Shown: one piece after another, positions 1-9,275 of the stretch
How the letters are laid out: the number at the start of each line of letters is the position of its first letter
Numbering within the stretch: the stretch's first letter is position 1
NCBI GenBank assembly: GCA_963813025.1
Contig: CAWEXO010000005.1
Location: 96,001 to 160,000 of the forward strand
DNA from: an uncultured Verrucomicrobiae bacterium
GTDB lineage: Bacteria > Verrucomicrobiota > Verrucomicrobiia > Chthoniobacterales > JAFAMB01
Direction of reading: 5' to 3'
Length of the DNA: 64,000 nt
Notes under the pieces: generated by a model
Seen by the model: the letters and a program-made list of their open reading frames with translations, nothing else
Databases searched by the model: none
What the model was told of the DNA's origin: nothing
Position numbers and translations under genes: made by a program

Positions 1-1
1 G

Positions 2-547
2 ATCGTCGCTCAAACCGGGTTTCATGCTGATCTCGCCATCTTCGGGGAAAAGACTTTGGAAGCATTTTTGAGCAACCGGAAAGTCCGCGAAACATTAAAC
101 TTGCTTCAGTTTAAGCTGGGCACGATCGAGCCGCGGCCAGCAGAAGGCAACGCGCAATGGATCGGCCGCCTTCTGCGCCCGAGTGTCGATCTGTACGATT
201 ACGCTGAAACCTACGATGACGAGCTAACCGGGGCCGTTACCCCAATGGTGCCTGATGATGTCGTTATCTTTGGCGCTTCAGAAGCGGGCGGCCGCACCGC
301 CTACGGTTCGATCAATCAAATGGAAACCGATGGCCAAGTTCGCAGCTATCACGATTTGCGGGTGGTCCCGCTGTATCTCTCTACGCCCAACGAACAGGAA
401 AGAAAGTTTCGTTTGGCCTCGCGGCCCTGTCTTATTCCAAGCGATCTTTTGAGCTGGGGCATTATCAAACCGCTGGCCTCATCGGAAGAGCCCGAAGAGT
501 CAGCAACCCCGGAAGAATCCGAAACCCGCACACAAAACCTGAAATAA
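2..547 (+). CDS. Phage major capsid protein, lambda gpE-like (5'-truncated by window edge)
   Basis: The frame is open from base 2. The segments 'VDLYDYAETYDDE...PMVPDDVVIFG' and C-terminal 'LASRPCLIP' resemble Phage_cap_E proteins. Lies next to decoration and terminase genes. Confidence 0.8.
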   Translation: MVAQTGFHADLAIFGEKTLEAFLSNRKVRETLNLLQFKLGTIEPRPAEGNAQWIGRLLRPSVDLYDYAETYDDELTGAVTPMVPDDVVIFGASEAGGRTAYGSINQMETDGQVRSYHDLRVVPLYLSTPNEQERKFRLASRPCLIPSDLLSWGIIKPLASSEEPEESATPEESETRTQNLK

Positions 548-554
548 CCCCGTT

Positions 555-926
555 ATGCCACAAGGTATCACCTTTACTTCCCCTACCCGTGCTGCCGACT
601 TGCACGGGCCCGAGGCCGCTGGCCAAGTTACCCACAACCTTATAATCAAAGGTAACCAGGGCATGTTATCCCCCGGCACCTTGATCAAAGCCGACGGCGC
701 AAAAGCTGCTACTGCGGCCGAGACGTTCGGTATTCTTGGCTTCAGCACTGACACCGATCAAGGTGACGTAGCCGTTACCGTTTACCTGGCCGGCGATTTC
801 AACCGCTCAATCGTCGAAGCTGCCAACGAAAGACAGTTGACGCCGGCGGATCTAGAGACGCTGCGCAACAAAGGTATCTTCATCATTCGTTCGATTCCGA
901 GCTTCGTTCCGCCGCCGGCAGCTTGA
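555..926 (+). CDS. Phage head decoration protein (gpD-like)
   Basis: 123 aa with 'GILGFSTDT...VTVYLAGDFN...LRNKGIF', typical of lambda-type head decoration proteins. Adjacent to the capsid gene. Confidence 0.75.
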   Translation: MPQGITFTSPTRAADLHGPEAAGQVTHNLIIKGNQGMLSPGTLIKADGAKAATAAETFGILGFSTDTDQGDVAVTVYLAGDFNRSIVEAANERQLTPADLETLRNKGIFIIRSIPSFVPPPAA

Positions 927-930
927 TGCT

Positions 931-1083
931 ATGTCGGGTGTACCAAAGCCAAAGCATGTTGCGGTGCCAAGCGATGAAGCGGTGCGTCTTCTATTGAAGC
1001 GCACTAACTCAGCCGGCATCAACGCACTGCGCCGGGCGATCACCGCACGAAAAAAAATTCCCCCCGGGCAAGGTTCTTTTTGA
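931..1083 (+). CDS. Small basic hypothetical phage protein (50 aa)
   Basis: ATG 4 nt after the decoration gene stop. Reads MSGVPKPKHVAVPSDEAVRLLLKRTNSAGINALRRAITARKKIPPGQGSF*. Too short for the ORF track. Confidence 0.4.
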   Translation: MSGVPKPKHVAVPSDEAVRLLLKRTNSAGINALRRAITARKKIPPGQGSF

Positions 1084-1114
1084 AAAAATTTCGTTGGACG
1101 GGTGCTGGCGATCC
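1071..1114 (+). other. Candidate lambda-type cos site (cosQ-like + cosN-like)
   Basis: AGGTTCT, then 23 nt ending in ACG, then GGTGCTGGCGATCC, directly upstream of terS. The layout parallels lambda GGGTCCT-N23(..ACG)-GGGCGGCGACCT. Confidence 0.55.
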
Positions 1115-1161
1115 TTCCATTCGCGCAATTAATGAGACGGTTTTGAGGTGAGTCCTCTCTC

Positions 1162-1719
1162 GTGATGGCTGAGGCGGAAAAGCTGGCTTCGGTTTACGTC
1201 ACCTCGGGTGAGCTGGGGGAAATGCTGCGATTACCGGAAGCCGAAGTGCGCAAGCTCGGCCGGCAAAACATTTTCCCGCGCATACCGAATCCGAAAAAAA
1301 GTGACAGTTTCCTGTATCCGGTAGCTGGATGCGTTGGTGCCTTCATCGACTCGTTCAAAAGCGAGTTGAGGCGCAACCAGGAAGGCTACGGCCGGGAAAA
1401 GATGCGCACCGAGAAAGCCCGGGGCGATATGCTCGAATTAGAGCACGCTTTGCGGCTGGGAAAATTACACGACGCCGAGCGCTGCCGGCAAGAACAGCTT
1501 GAGACTCATTCAATGGTGCGCCGCCGGTTGTTAATCCTGCCGCATCGCGCTGCCCGACGATTACCAGGTGATCCGATCGCTAATGAGTCGGTCTTGTCGC
1601 AAGAGCTTGGCGACTGTTTGAGTGCGTTAGCGGCCGGCGGGAAGGTGGCAGAGAACGGCCATGCAAAAACCAAAAAGCTCACCAAAACCCACGGCGTACG
1701 TACAAGCCGAAGTCTTTAG
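1162..1719 (+). CDS. Terminase small subunit (Nu1-like)
   Basis: N-terminal wHTH-like segment and coiled-coil 'EKMRTEKARGDMLELEHALRLGKL'. Overlaps the terminase large subunit gene. Confidence 0.75.
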   Translation: MMAEAEKLASVYVTSGELGEMLRLPEAEVRKLGRQNIFPRIPNPKKSDSFLYPVAGCVGAFIDSFKSELRRNQEGYGREKMRTEKARGDMLELEHALRLGKLHDAERCRQEQLETHSMVRRRLLILPHRAARRLPGDPIANESVLSQELGDCLSALAAGGKVAENGHAKTKKLTKTHGVRTSRSL

Positions 1720-3628
1720 GCTCTACACACCGCCCGAACCGATGGATATCGTCCTTTGGTGCGAGCGGTTCAGGCGCTTAAGCTCCGAGGGCTCGAGCGA
1801 GCCTGGCCCTTACCGCATGTCACGCGCGCCGTTCTTCGCTGAGCCGATGCGCGCCTGTGTCGATCCGCGAACCCGGGAAGTAGTCTGTATGGGCGCTTCT
1901 CAGATCTCGAAAACCGAAAGCCTTATCCTGAACGTTCTGGCGTACAAGATCGCCAATGATCCCGCCCCGAGTTTGCTGGTTACGAGCACACTGCCGGCGT
2001 GCCAGTCGCTCAGCCATGACAGGTTCGAACCGATGTGTCGGGATTGCGCGCCTTTGCGCGGCCTGGTTGCCGAACGCGGCGGCCCTAACACCGAGGGCGG
2101 TTCAACGATCTACCGGAAAAGCTTTAAGGGCGGCCATTTGACGCTGGTTGGTTCGAACTCGGCGAGCGGCCTAGCCCGGATGCCGATCCGTGATCTGTAT
2201 CTCACCGAAGTTGATCGGTTCAGCACAGACGCCGGCAACGAGGAAGGCGATCCGGTTTCCTTGGCGCGGATTCGGACAAGCACTTTTCATGATGCCAAGG
2301 TAATCATGGAATCATCGCCCACCGTTGCCGGCCGATCCCGGATCGAGGCGGCTTATCTGAACAGCACGCAAGAGCATTGGTACAATGCTTGTCCGAGCTG
2401 CGGCTTTTTCCAGATCATCGCGCTAGGCCGAATGGATTTCGCTACCGCAACTCATCGGTGCGAGCATTGCGGCGAAGCAGCTGGGCAGAGTGCCTGGCAA
2501 GCGAGTCCGGGCGAATGGCGGGCGCATGGCGAACATCCGACGATCCGCGGGTTTCATATTCCGTGCTGGCCGTCGCCTTTGATCTCTTGGCAAACGGTGA
2601 TCGAAGAATTCCGGGTTGCGAGCCGGCTGGCGGACGAAGGCGATTCTTCGTGGCTCAGAGTTATCGTCAATACCAGGTTCGCCGAATGCTTCGTCGAAGC
2701 CGAGGCTCGCATGAACGAAGACGATCTACTTGGACGCCGGGAAGAATACGAAGCCGAGATCCCAGATGGCGTGCTGATCTTACTGGCGAGTGTCGATAGC
2801 CAAGACGATCGGCTCTGTTATCAGGTTTCGGGGATCGGCCGCGGAAGAGAGGCTTGGTTGATCGAATACGGAACGATCTGGGGCGATTTGGCGACGAACG
2901 CTGCCCCGATGTACCAAGAGCTCGAAGAACGCGTTCTGGCGCGGCTCTGGCGCTTTGGCGATGGCCAATTGATCAAGGTGCGTCGGTGTGCGCAAGACGC
3001 GATGGGCCATCATTCCAGTACCGTTTATACTGAGGTGAAGAAACGTGCCCGGCAGATGATCGCCTTCCGTGGCCGGCCCGTTGGGATCGCCAAGTCACTC
3101 TACACACTCACACATTCAAGCAACGAAGGCGCCCCTGTCCTGGTCGGCACTGTTGATCTGGCCAAGGATTTGTTATCGGGCTTGCTCAAGGTGCCTGCTG
3201 CGGGGCGGGGTTACCTTCATATCCCGGCAGAAGAAGCGCGCGGGTTCGGCGAAGCGTGGGCCGCTGAGATGATGGCCGAACGCAAAGAAATCAAGTATCG
3301 GAACGGCCAGCGGATCGCGGTATGGACAAAGCGAGCTGGCAGCAGAAACGAAGCATGGGATCTGATGGTGATGACGTTAATCCTGGCCGAAAGCTTGCAA
3401 CTCAATATGGAACAGAGAACGCCGGACTATTACAGCGAGGAAAACAAAACACCAACAGGGCAGCGCCGCTGGGGCGTCCAAAATGCACCGAGCGGGTTCG
3501 GGCAACCGCAAGATCTGATCGTTCGAAGCCGGGTAGTGCCCAGGAACCTAGACGAACCTGATCTTGTTCTACCCGGCGCACCCGTAAAACCGCGCTATGG
3601 CGTCCAGAACAAACCGATGAATTGGTAA
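1661..3628 (+). CDS. Terminase large subunit (GpA family)
   Basis: Motifs 'SSEPGPY', 'GASQISKTE' (Walker A variant), 'EVDRF', 'EGDPVSLARIRTSTF', 'SSPT', two CxxC pairs, and nuclease motifs 'VDSQ' and 'RNEAWD'. Confidence 0.95.
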   Translation: MQKPKSSPKPTAYVQAEVFRLYTPPEPMDIVLWCERFRRLSSEGSSEPGPYRMSRAPFFAEPMRACVDPRTREVVCMGASQISKTESLILNVLAYKIANDPAPSLLVTSTLPACQSLSHDRFEPMCRDCAPLRGLVAERGGPNTEGGSTIYRKSFKGGHLTLVGSNSASGLARMPIRDLYLTEVDRFSTDAGNEEGDPVSLARIRTSTFHDAKVIMESSPTVAGRSRIEAAYLNSTQEHWYNACPSCGFFQIIALGRMDFATATHRCEHCGEAAGQSAWQASPGEWRAHGEHPTIRGFHIPCWPSPLISWQTVIEEFRVASRLADEGDSSWLRVIVNTRFAECFVEAEARMNEDDLLGRREEYEAEIPDGVLILLASVDSQDDRLCYQVSGIGRGREAWLIEYGTIWGDLATNAAPMYQELEERVLARLWRFGDGQLIKVRRCAQDAMGHHSSTVYTEVKKRARQMIAFRGRPVGIAKSLYTLTHSSNEGAPVLVGTVDLAKDLLSGLLKVPAAGRGYLHIPAEEARGFGEAWAAEMMAERKEIKYRNGQRIAVWTKRAGSRNEAWDLMVMTLILAESLQLNMEQRTPDYYSEENKTPTGQRRWGVQNAPSGFGQPQDLIVRSRVVPRNLDEPDLVLPGAPVKPRYGVQNKPMNW

Positions 3629-3630
3629 AT

Positions 3631-3660
3631 CGAGTGCCAAACGAGTGCCAGAAAGTGACA
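3631..3660 (+). repeat. Tandem CGAGTGCCA repeats, candidate integrase arm-type sites at the element boundary
   Basis: CGAGTGCCA at 3631 and 3642 plus degenerate AAAGTGACA at 3652, between terL and the tRNA 3' end. Confidence 0.5.
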
Positions 3661-3780
3661 GGATTTTGGGAAATAATGGGGTATTTCGGGTTTTAATGGG
3701 TTAGAACAGGTAACGATGTTAACTGCTCTTTAGTCCCTCGGGAATCGGCTCTAGGACTTGATGTTCAGCCACCAGAGCCT

Positions 3781-3865
3781 TGCCGATGGCGGGACTCGAA
3801 CCCGCACGGAGCTTTCGCCCCAACGGATTTTAAGTCCGTTGCGTCTGCCATTCCGCCACATCGGC
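3781..3865 (-). tRNA. tRNA-Leu (anticodon TAA)
   Basis: The reverse complement is GCCGATGTGGCGGAATGGCAGACGCAACGGACTTAAAATCCGTTGGGGCGAAAGCTCCGTGCGGGTTCGAGTCCCGCCATCGGCA. It has an acceptor stem, long variable arm and GTTCGA T-loop; CCA is not encoded. Confidence 0.97.
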
Positions 3866-3924
3866 ACACTGGTCTGAAAAGGAACCTGTGCACCGAAATC
3901 ACGCAAGGACAAAAAGTGGTTGGC

Positions 3925-4167
3925 CTAACCCGCTGGAAGGTTTTCGGCGTCCGGGGAGAAATCAGTTTTCCGCGTGAACGGAACACGGTTGGATTTCGGG
4001 ACTGGCGCCCGACCACCGGCATGATAGATCTCGGTTCGGAAGATTGGGATATCCTTGGGAGCCTCAATCCCGATTTTTACGGCATCGCCGTCGATACGCG
4101 TAATTTTAATATGGATCTGATCACCGATCACAATCCCTTCGTTTACCTTTCGTGACAAAATTAGCAT
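3925..4167 (-). CDS. csrA: Carbon storage regulator CsrA
   Basis: [16 protein letters not shown]...[18 protein letters not shown] matches the CsrA signature. Confidence 0.95.
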   Translation of the reverse strand: MLILSRKVNEGIVIGDQIHIKITRIDGDAVKIGIEAPKDIPIFRTEIYHAGGRAPVPKSNRVPFTRKTDFSPDAENLPAG

Positions 4168-4266
4168 CCTGGGGCCTTTCTGACTGTCTGTGTTACTACT
4201 TTAGGCGTTCCACCCAAAACGCACCGGCGAATGTTTCGCATAAGTCTGGGGAGGATCAAGTCCGCA

Positions 4267-4722
4267 TCACGCAGCGGAAGCGGTCCGCGATAAAAATCGG
4301 TCTTTCAAGCTTTGGTTTTGCTTAATCCGTTCCTCCACGCGGCCGGAGAGCCGGTCGACCTCGGAGACCAGAGCTTCCAATAATGGTTGCACGTATTCTG
4401 GGAAAGACCCGAGAATGTCGGATGTTTTGGCCGCTTCACCTAAGCCGATGAGGGCGGCAGTGTGTCGCAGGATGAGTTCTCGATGCTGCGTACACCGGGC
4501 GGCAAGTTTTAGCTGGCCGTCGATCTGTTCTTCAATCCGCTTGGCATCAGGAACATCGCGACGATAAAGGATTTCTGTCTGCTGGTTAACTAACCGAAGC
4601 AGCCCTCCCTCCTCTTGTAACTCCTCCCGCAGCGCATTCACGAGTTCATCCCAACCAACGTCATGAGTTTGTCGTGGAGCAGCCGAGCGACCCCCGCTAT
4701 GTTCCCTCGCAGGTTCTGTCAT
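4267..4722 (-). CDS. FlgN-like flagellar export chaperone
   Basis: All-helical 151 aa protein, 'LREELQEEGGLLRLVNQQ', ending '..IKQNQSL'. Lies between fliA and csrA. Confidence 0.55.
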   Translation of the reverse strand: MTEPAREHSGGRSAAPRQTHDVGWDELVNALREELQEEGGLLRLVNQQTEILYRRDVPDAKRIEEQIDGQLKLAARCTQHRELILRHTAALIGLGEAAKTSDILGSFPEYVQPLLEALVSEVDRLSGRVEERIKQNQSLKDRFLSRTASAA

Positions 4723-4723
4723 A

Positions 4724-5545
4724 CTACGCGATAACGCTAAAGAGGTAGGTTCGAAGTTGATTGACGGCCTGGGTGTGGATCTGGCAGATCCGAGATTCCG
4801 TCAGTCCAAAGCACGCAGCAATATCCGCTAATTTCAAACCCTCATAGTAATACATGGCAAGGACTTTTTTCGGGACTTCGGATAATTGACCGATTCGTTT
4901 GGCAAGCAAGAGCACCATTTCCTTCCGTTCGAGCACGTCGAAAGCCGTGACAGACGAGTCGTCGGCAATAAGTTCGTGAAGCGATTGATCTTCGCTGTCG
5001 GCCTCCTCACTGGCATCCAGTGAGACGACCCTTACCGGACGTACCTCATCCAACAACTCATTCAGTTCGTCTTCGCTGAGCTGCATCTCGGCGCGCAGCG
5101 ATTCCTGGCATACCACCCCACCCTGCTCCTGCTCCAGGCGTGAGATGACTGATCCCAGCTTCTTTGCTTTGGACCGGCTGGCGCGAGTGAGCCAATCCAT
5201 CCGCCTGAGTTCATCGAGGATGGCTCCTCTCACCCGCATGGCAGCGTAACTCGTAAAGCTATTATGCTGCGCGGCGCGATAGTTGCGCGCAGCGGCGACC
5301 AGGCCGGTCATGCCAATGCTGTAGAGTTCCTCCAGCTCAATCTTGTTCGGCAGCTTGCGCTTCATCCGCTCAGCAATGGACCGCACAAGCGGAATATGCT
5401 CGAAGACGCGTTGTTCGAAGGCTGCTTCGTCAACGACCGTTGGGCAAAGTTTGTCTTTAGAAAACAACGGGGGCTCGGTTGGGAGGTCAGCTGTGATCAT
5501 ACGTGTGCTGGTTCGGATCTCGCTCCGAAGCAGAGACCATGCCAT
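4724..5545 (-). CDS. fliA: FliA/WhiG-family sigma-28 factor
   Basis: 'RVRGAILDELRRMDW' and 'LTESRICQIHTQA'. The true start may be the internal Met near 5500. Confidence 0.92.
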   Translation of the reverse strand: MAWSLLRSEIRTSTRMITADLPTEPPLFSKDKLCPTVVDEAAFEQRVFEHIPLVRSIAERMKRKLPNKIELEELYSIGMTGLVAAARNYRAAQHNSFTSYAAMRVRGAILDELRRMDWLTRASRSKAKKLGSVISRLEQEQGGVVCQESLRAEMQLSEDELNELLDEVRPVRVVSLDASEEADSEDQSLHELIADDSSVTAFDVLERKEMVLLLAKRIGQLSEVPKKVLAMYYYEGLKLADIAACFGLTESRICQIHTQAVNQLRTYLFSVIA

Positions 5546-5797
5546 TGAAAGAGACGTTTCGCTGCCTTAACGTATAAGATGTTTTCTACAAGCGAGTTAC
5601 ATCGTTTGGTTTGATTGAAGAAATGGCGCAAGCGACGAATCGCGCCCCGAATTCCAGGAGATATCGGCAATTTTTGCCTAGGCAACTTTTGCCGATGCGG
5701 GCCGGCTATACGACTGAGAGACCAATGGGCTCCAGGTAAGACCAGACGGTGCCAACGAGCCAGCTTAACAAGGTCTCATCCAGAAACTCGCCCGAGT

Positions 5798-6937
5798 TTA
5801 GACCGGCACCTTGTTTCGCTCGACTGACTTTGCCGGACGCATCGGCCGGTAATAGCTGTCGCGCTGAACCGGCTCACGGCCGGCTTCCCGAATGACGCGT
5901 TCCAAAGTAGCCACGGTTTGTTCTTGTGGAGTGGTTGAGCCCGCCATGTGAAAAATCTTTTCTTCCATCAGGGTGCCGTGCAGATCATCGACCCCGTAGC
6001 TCAGCGAAACCTGAGCCAGCGGCAGAGTCATCGCAATCCAGTAACCGGTGAGGTGATCGAAGTTATCCAGGTAAATTCGGCTCACGGCCAAAGTCCGCAG
6101 TTGATTGAGACCCGAAGCCGGTCTCAGATGCGAGAGTTCGGTCGTCTGGGGGACAAAGGCGAACGGGACGAATCCGGTAAAACCTCCGGTCTCGTCCTGC
6201 AAATCCCGGAGCTGTCGTAGATGATCAACGCGCTGTTCGATCGTTTCGATGTGACCGAAGAGCATCGTGCAGGTGCTCCGTTCACCCATGCGATGCCAGA
6301 TCCGATGGACTTCCTTCCATTCTTCGGCCGACTCTTTCCCTCGACAGATTTTATCGCGGACTTCCTGATCAAAAATTTCCGCGCCTCCGCCCGTAAGTGA
6401 ATTGAGTCCGGCGGAGCGCAATAGCTCGAGGGTATCCGGGATACTGCGCTTGAAGATGCGTTCCGCCAAGTGTCGAACCTCGATCGCGGTAAAGGCTTTT
6501 ATATGAAGGTCAGCGCTGAGCTGCCGCAACCTGGTGAGCAGCTCAAGATACCAGTCACCGGACAAATTGGGGTGCAAACCGCCAACCATGTGGACCTCGG
6601 TGACACCCTGAGCCAGCGCGTTCCCGGTGACCTGAACAATCTCTTCAATGGCCAATTCGAAGGCGTGCGGATCCCGTTTTCGCGCGCCGAAAGCGCAGAA
6701 CTGGCAGGAAAGGATGCAGATATTCGAGTAATTGATGTAACGATTTAAAAGGTAGGTCGCGCGGTTCTGGTTTTTCCGTTCGCGCATAAGATTGGCGATC
6801 GTGCCGAGCGCATTAATATCGGGTTGACGGAAGAGAGTAACCGCCTCGGCCTCACTGATTCGTACTCCCGCCGAAACTTTTTCGTAGATCTTTTGCAAGG
6901 AATCGGGAATGAATCGGCTGTTTGTGAAATTTTTCAC
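5798..6937 (-). CDS. mqnE: Aminofutalosine synthase MqnE (radical SAM)
   Basis: CxxxCxxC (CILSCQFC), 'EVHMVGGLHP', 'HIKAFTAIEV', 'GGGAEIF', 'EEKIFHMAG'. Confidence 0.88.
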   Translation of the reverse strand: MKNFTNSRFIPDSLQKIYEKVSAGVRISEAEAVTLFRQPDINALGTIANLMRERKNQNRATYLLNRYINYSNICILSCQFCAFGARKRDPHAFELAIEEIVQVTGNALAQGVTEVHMVGGLHPNLSGDWYLELLTRLRQLSADLHIKAFTAIEVRHLAERIFKRSIPDTLELLRSAGLNSLTGGGAEIFDQEVRDKICRGKESAEEWKEVHRIWHRMGERSTCTMLFGHIETIEQRVDHLRQLRDLQDETGGFTGFVPFAFVPQTTELSHLRPASGLNQLRTLAVSRIYLDNFDHLTGYWIAMTLPLAQVSLSYGVDDLHGTLMEEKIFHMAGSTTPQEQTVATLERVIREAGREPVQRDSYYRPMRPAKSVERNKVPV

Positions 6938-6962
6938 AATTTAGCGTGCCATATAATTTTCG

Positions 6963-7622
6963 ATGCAGCAAGCTAGCCCGGACCAACCACATCCTCAGCA
7001 ACTCTGCCCGGACAAACGGGTTGAAGAGGGGACGATGAGCCTTGCTTTGAAGGTGCCCTTGATGTCTTCACCTGCTGCAGTCGAGCCGGAGATCGAGTGG
7101 ATGTCGCGTATCCGGGGGGGTGACATGGAAGCCTTTCGGTTGCTGGTCGAGACGCACCAGTCGCGGGTGATCGGTACCATCAGCAAAATGCTGGGTTCGG
7201 ACGGCGAAGCTGAAGACTTGGCGCAACAGGTTTTTATCAGAGTGTGGAAATCAGCGCCCCGTTATAAACCGACAGCAAAGTTTACTACCTGGCTGTTCAG
7301 AATTACGCGAAACCTGGTCTTCAACGAACTGCGCCGGAGGCGCCATTTTGTGGCTCGAATCGAAGACCTGCCGGAACAAGCCGAGCGGGCCGACCGTGAA
7401 CCTGATCGGGTCATGCTGGAGGGTGAGCTGCAGGAAGCAGTCCAGCGCGCTATCGATCAACTGCCGGAAACGCAGCGCTTGGCGATCGTCTTACGCCGCT
7501 ACGAAGAGATGCCCTATGAAGAAATCGCCAAGGTGATGGATACGACGGTTCCCGCAATCAAGAGCATTCTTTTCCGGGCCCGGACGGAATTGCGCGAGAA
7601 GCTCGCCAGGTACCTGGAGTAG
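6963..7622 (+). CDS. ECF sigma-70 factor
   Basis: 'AEDLAQQVFIRVW', 'FTTWLFRITRN' and region 4 'YEEIAKVM...SILFRAR'. Start uncertain. Confidence 0.92.
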   Translation: MQQASPDQPHPQQLCPDKRVEEGTMSLALKVPLMSSPAAVEPEIEWMSRIRGGDMEAFRLLVETHQSRVIGTISKMLGSDGEAEDLAQQVFIRVWKSAPRYKPTAKFTTWLFRITRNLVFNELRRRRHFVARIEDLPEQAERADREPDRVMLEGELQEAVQRAIDQLPETQRLAIVLRRYEEMPYEEIAKVMDTTVPAIKSILFRARTELREKLARYLE

Positions 7623-7670
7623 TCCCGAGTGACGTGTCCCGAGTCCCGGGACCCGGGACTCGCGACTCCT

Positions 7671-9129
7671 TCAGCCAAGCTGCTTCTCCAGCACTTCGCC
7701 AACCAGATTGGGATTGGCTTTTCCCTTCGACAATTTCAGCACCTGACCTTTGAGGAAGTTAATGGCAGCTTTCTTGCCCGCACGATAGTCTTCCACGGAC
7801 TTCGGGTTGGCCGCAATCACCTCCTGACACAGCTCGGTGATCGCGTCAAGATCGCTCTCCTGTTTAATCCCTTCCGTCGCGACAATTTCCTCGGGCGACC
7901 GGCCACTGGCAAACATCTCGGCGAAGACCTGCTTACCTTGTTTGCTGCTGATGCTTCCGGACTGCACTAATCGGGCAAGCCCGGCCAAATGTTCGGGGAG
8001 AACCGGGCAACTCTCCACTGTTTGGCCCGTAACAGCCAGCACGCTCAGCAGATCGTTCAGCACGTAGTTAGCGATCAGCTTTGAGTTGTCGGCCGAGCGG
8101 GCCGCGCGCTCGAAATACTCGGCTAAGGGCAGATCATTTGCTAAAACGCCCGCGTCATAATCGCTCATCCCGTACTGTTGAACAAAGCGAGCCCTTTTCT
8201 CCCAGGGCAACTCAGGCATTTTCCCGCGGACGTCATCGAGGAAAATCTCACTCTTGACGGGAAGAAGATCCGGGTCAGGAAAGTAGCGGTAATCGTGCGC
8301 CGATTCCTTGGTCCGCATCAGGAAGGTCTGGCCAGTGTCATCATCCCAGCGGCGAGTTTCCTGCCGCAGCATTTCTCCGCGCTCCGCGGCTTCGATCTGT
8401 CGATCGATCTCAAACGCCAGGGCCCGCCGGACGCCACTGATCGAATTGAGGTTTTTCAGTTCTATTTTTGGGCCGAGTTCGTTCGCCCCGCGCAAACGGA
8501 CGGAGACGTTACAATCGCAGCGCAATTGGCCTTTCTCCATGTCCGCATCGCTCACCCCGCCATAAATGAGCGCCTGTTTCAAAGATCCCAGGTAGGCAAA
8601 CGCTTCCTCCGGACTCTCGATATCAGGTTGCGAGACAATCTCCATCAACGGCGTGCCCGCCCGGTTGAAATCGATGCCCGTCGCCGACTCAAAATGAAAG
8701 CTCTTCGCGACGTCTTCCTCCAGGTGGATTCGCACCAGCCGCACTTTTTTTCCCGGATGAGCAATGCTTTTTTGAGCATCTTTCGGATATGCCAGGTCAG
8801 CGAGAGGCACCTCTCCATTCTGACACAAGGGCCGATCATACTGCGAAATCTGGTAGTTTTTCGGCATGTCTGGATAGAAATAGTTTTTTCGGTCGAATTT
8901 GCAGATTTCGGCAAGGTCGCATCGGAAGATCAGTCCGGTGAGAGCGGTGAGTTTCAGAGCCTCCAGATTCATTACCGGCAAAGCGCCGGGTAAACCGAGG
9001 CAGGTTGGGCAGGTGTGGGTATTTGGCTCGGCGCCGTATTCCACGGCGCATCCGCAAAACATTTTGCTTCTGCGTCTTCAGCTGGACGTGCACTTCCAGC
9101 CCGATTGTGGGTACATAATCACTCTTCAT
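7671..9129 (-). CDS. gatB: Asp/Glu-tRNA amidotransferase subunit B, with a +1 indel near 9065-9075
   Basis: N-terminal 'IGLEVHVQLKT' is in one frame and 'KMFCGC...RKNYFYPD...DFNRAGTPL...DYRYFPDPDL' is in another. One extra A in ACGCAGAAGCAAAATG explains the shift. Confidence 0.95.
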
Positions 9130-9140
9130 TCCAACCCAAG

Positions 9141-9264
9141 GAAATGCCACAAATCAAAAAATGCCACAAATGCCGCAAATAAAACTAATGCGACGAATGG
9201 AACCGCGGCCGCGGTGGTTCGTAAATTTGTGGCATTTGTGGCATTTTTTGATTTGTGGCATTTC
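9141..9264. repeat. 40-bp inverted repeat built from ATGCCACAA units
   Basis: 9141-9180 versus the reverse complement of 9225-9264 match at 39/40. The spacer contains the palindrome ACCGCGGCCGCGGT. Confidence 0.95.
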
Positions 9265-9275
9265 TCCACCTCCGG

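Larger units (their letters stand above)
1..3780 (+). mobile_element. Right part of a prophage or phage-satellite-like element, probably integrated at tRNA-Leu
   Basis: Head and packaging genes end about 150 bp downstream of the tRNA 3' end. Host genes resume on the other side of the tRNA. No integrase in the window. Confidence 0.75.

Noticed and set aside
3742..3780. 'TCAGCCCACCA' as the 3' remnant of a second tRNA (att site)
   Set aside because: No T-arm upstream. It lies within a GGCTCT/AGAGCC hairpin that is more simply a structure downstream of tRNA-Leu.
6936..6951. TGGCACG motif on the minus strand as a sigma-54 promoter for mqnE
   Set aside because: There is no GC at the required GG-N10-GC spacing, and it abuts the start codon.
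9060..9080. Programmed frameshift in gatB
   Set aside because: No convincing slippery heptamer, and similar indels occur in several unrelated genes, pointing to sequencing error.
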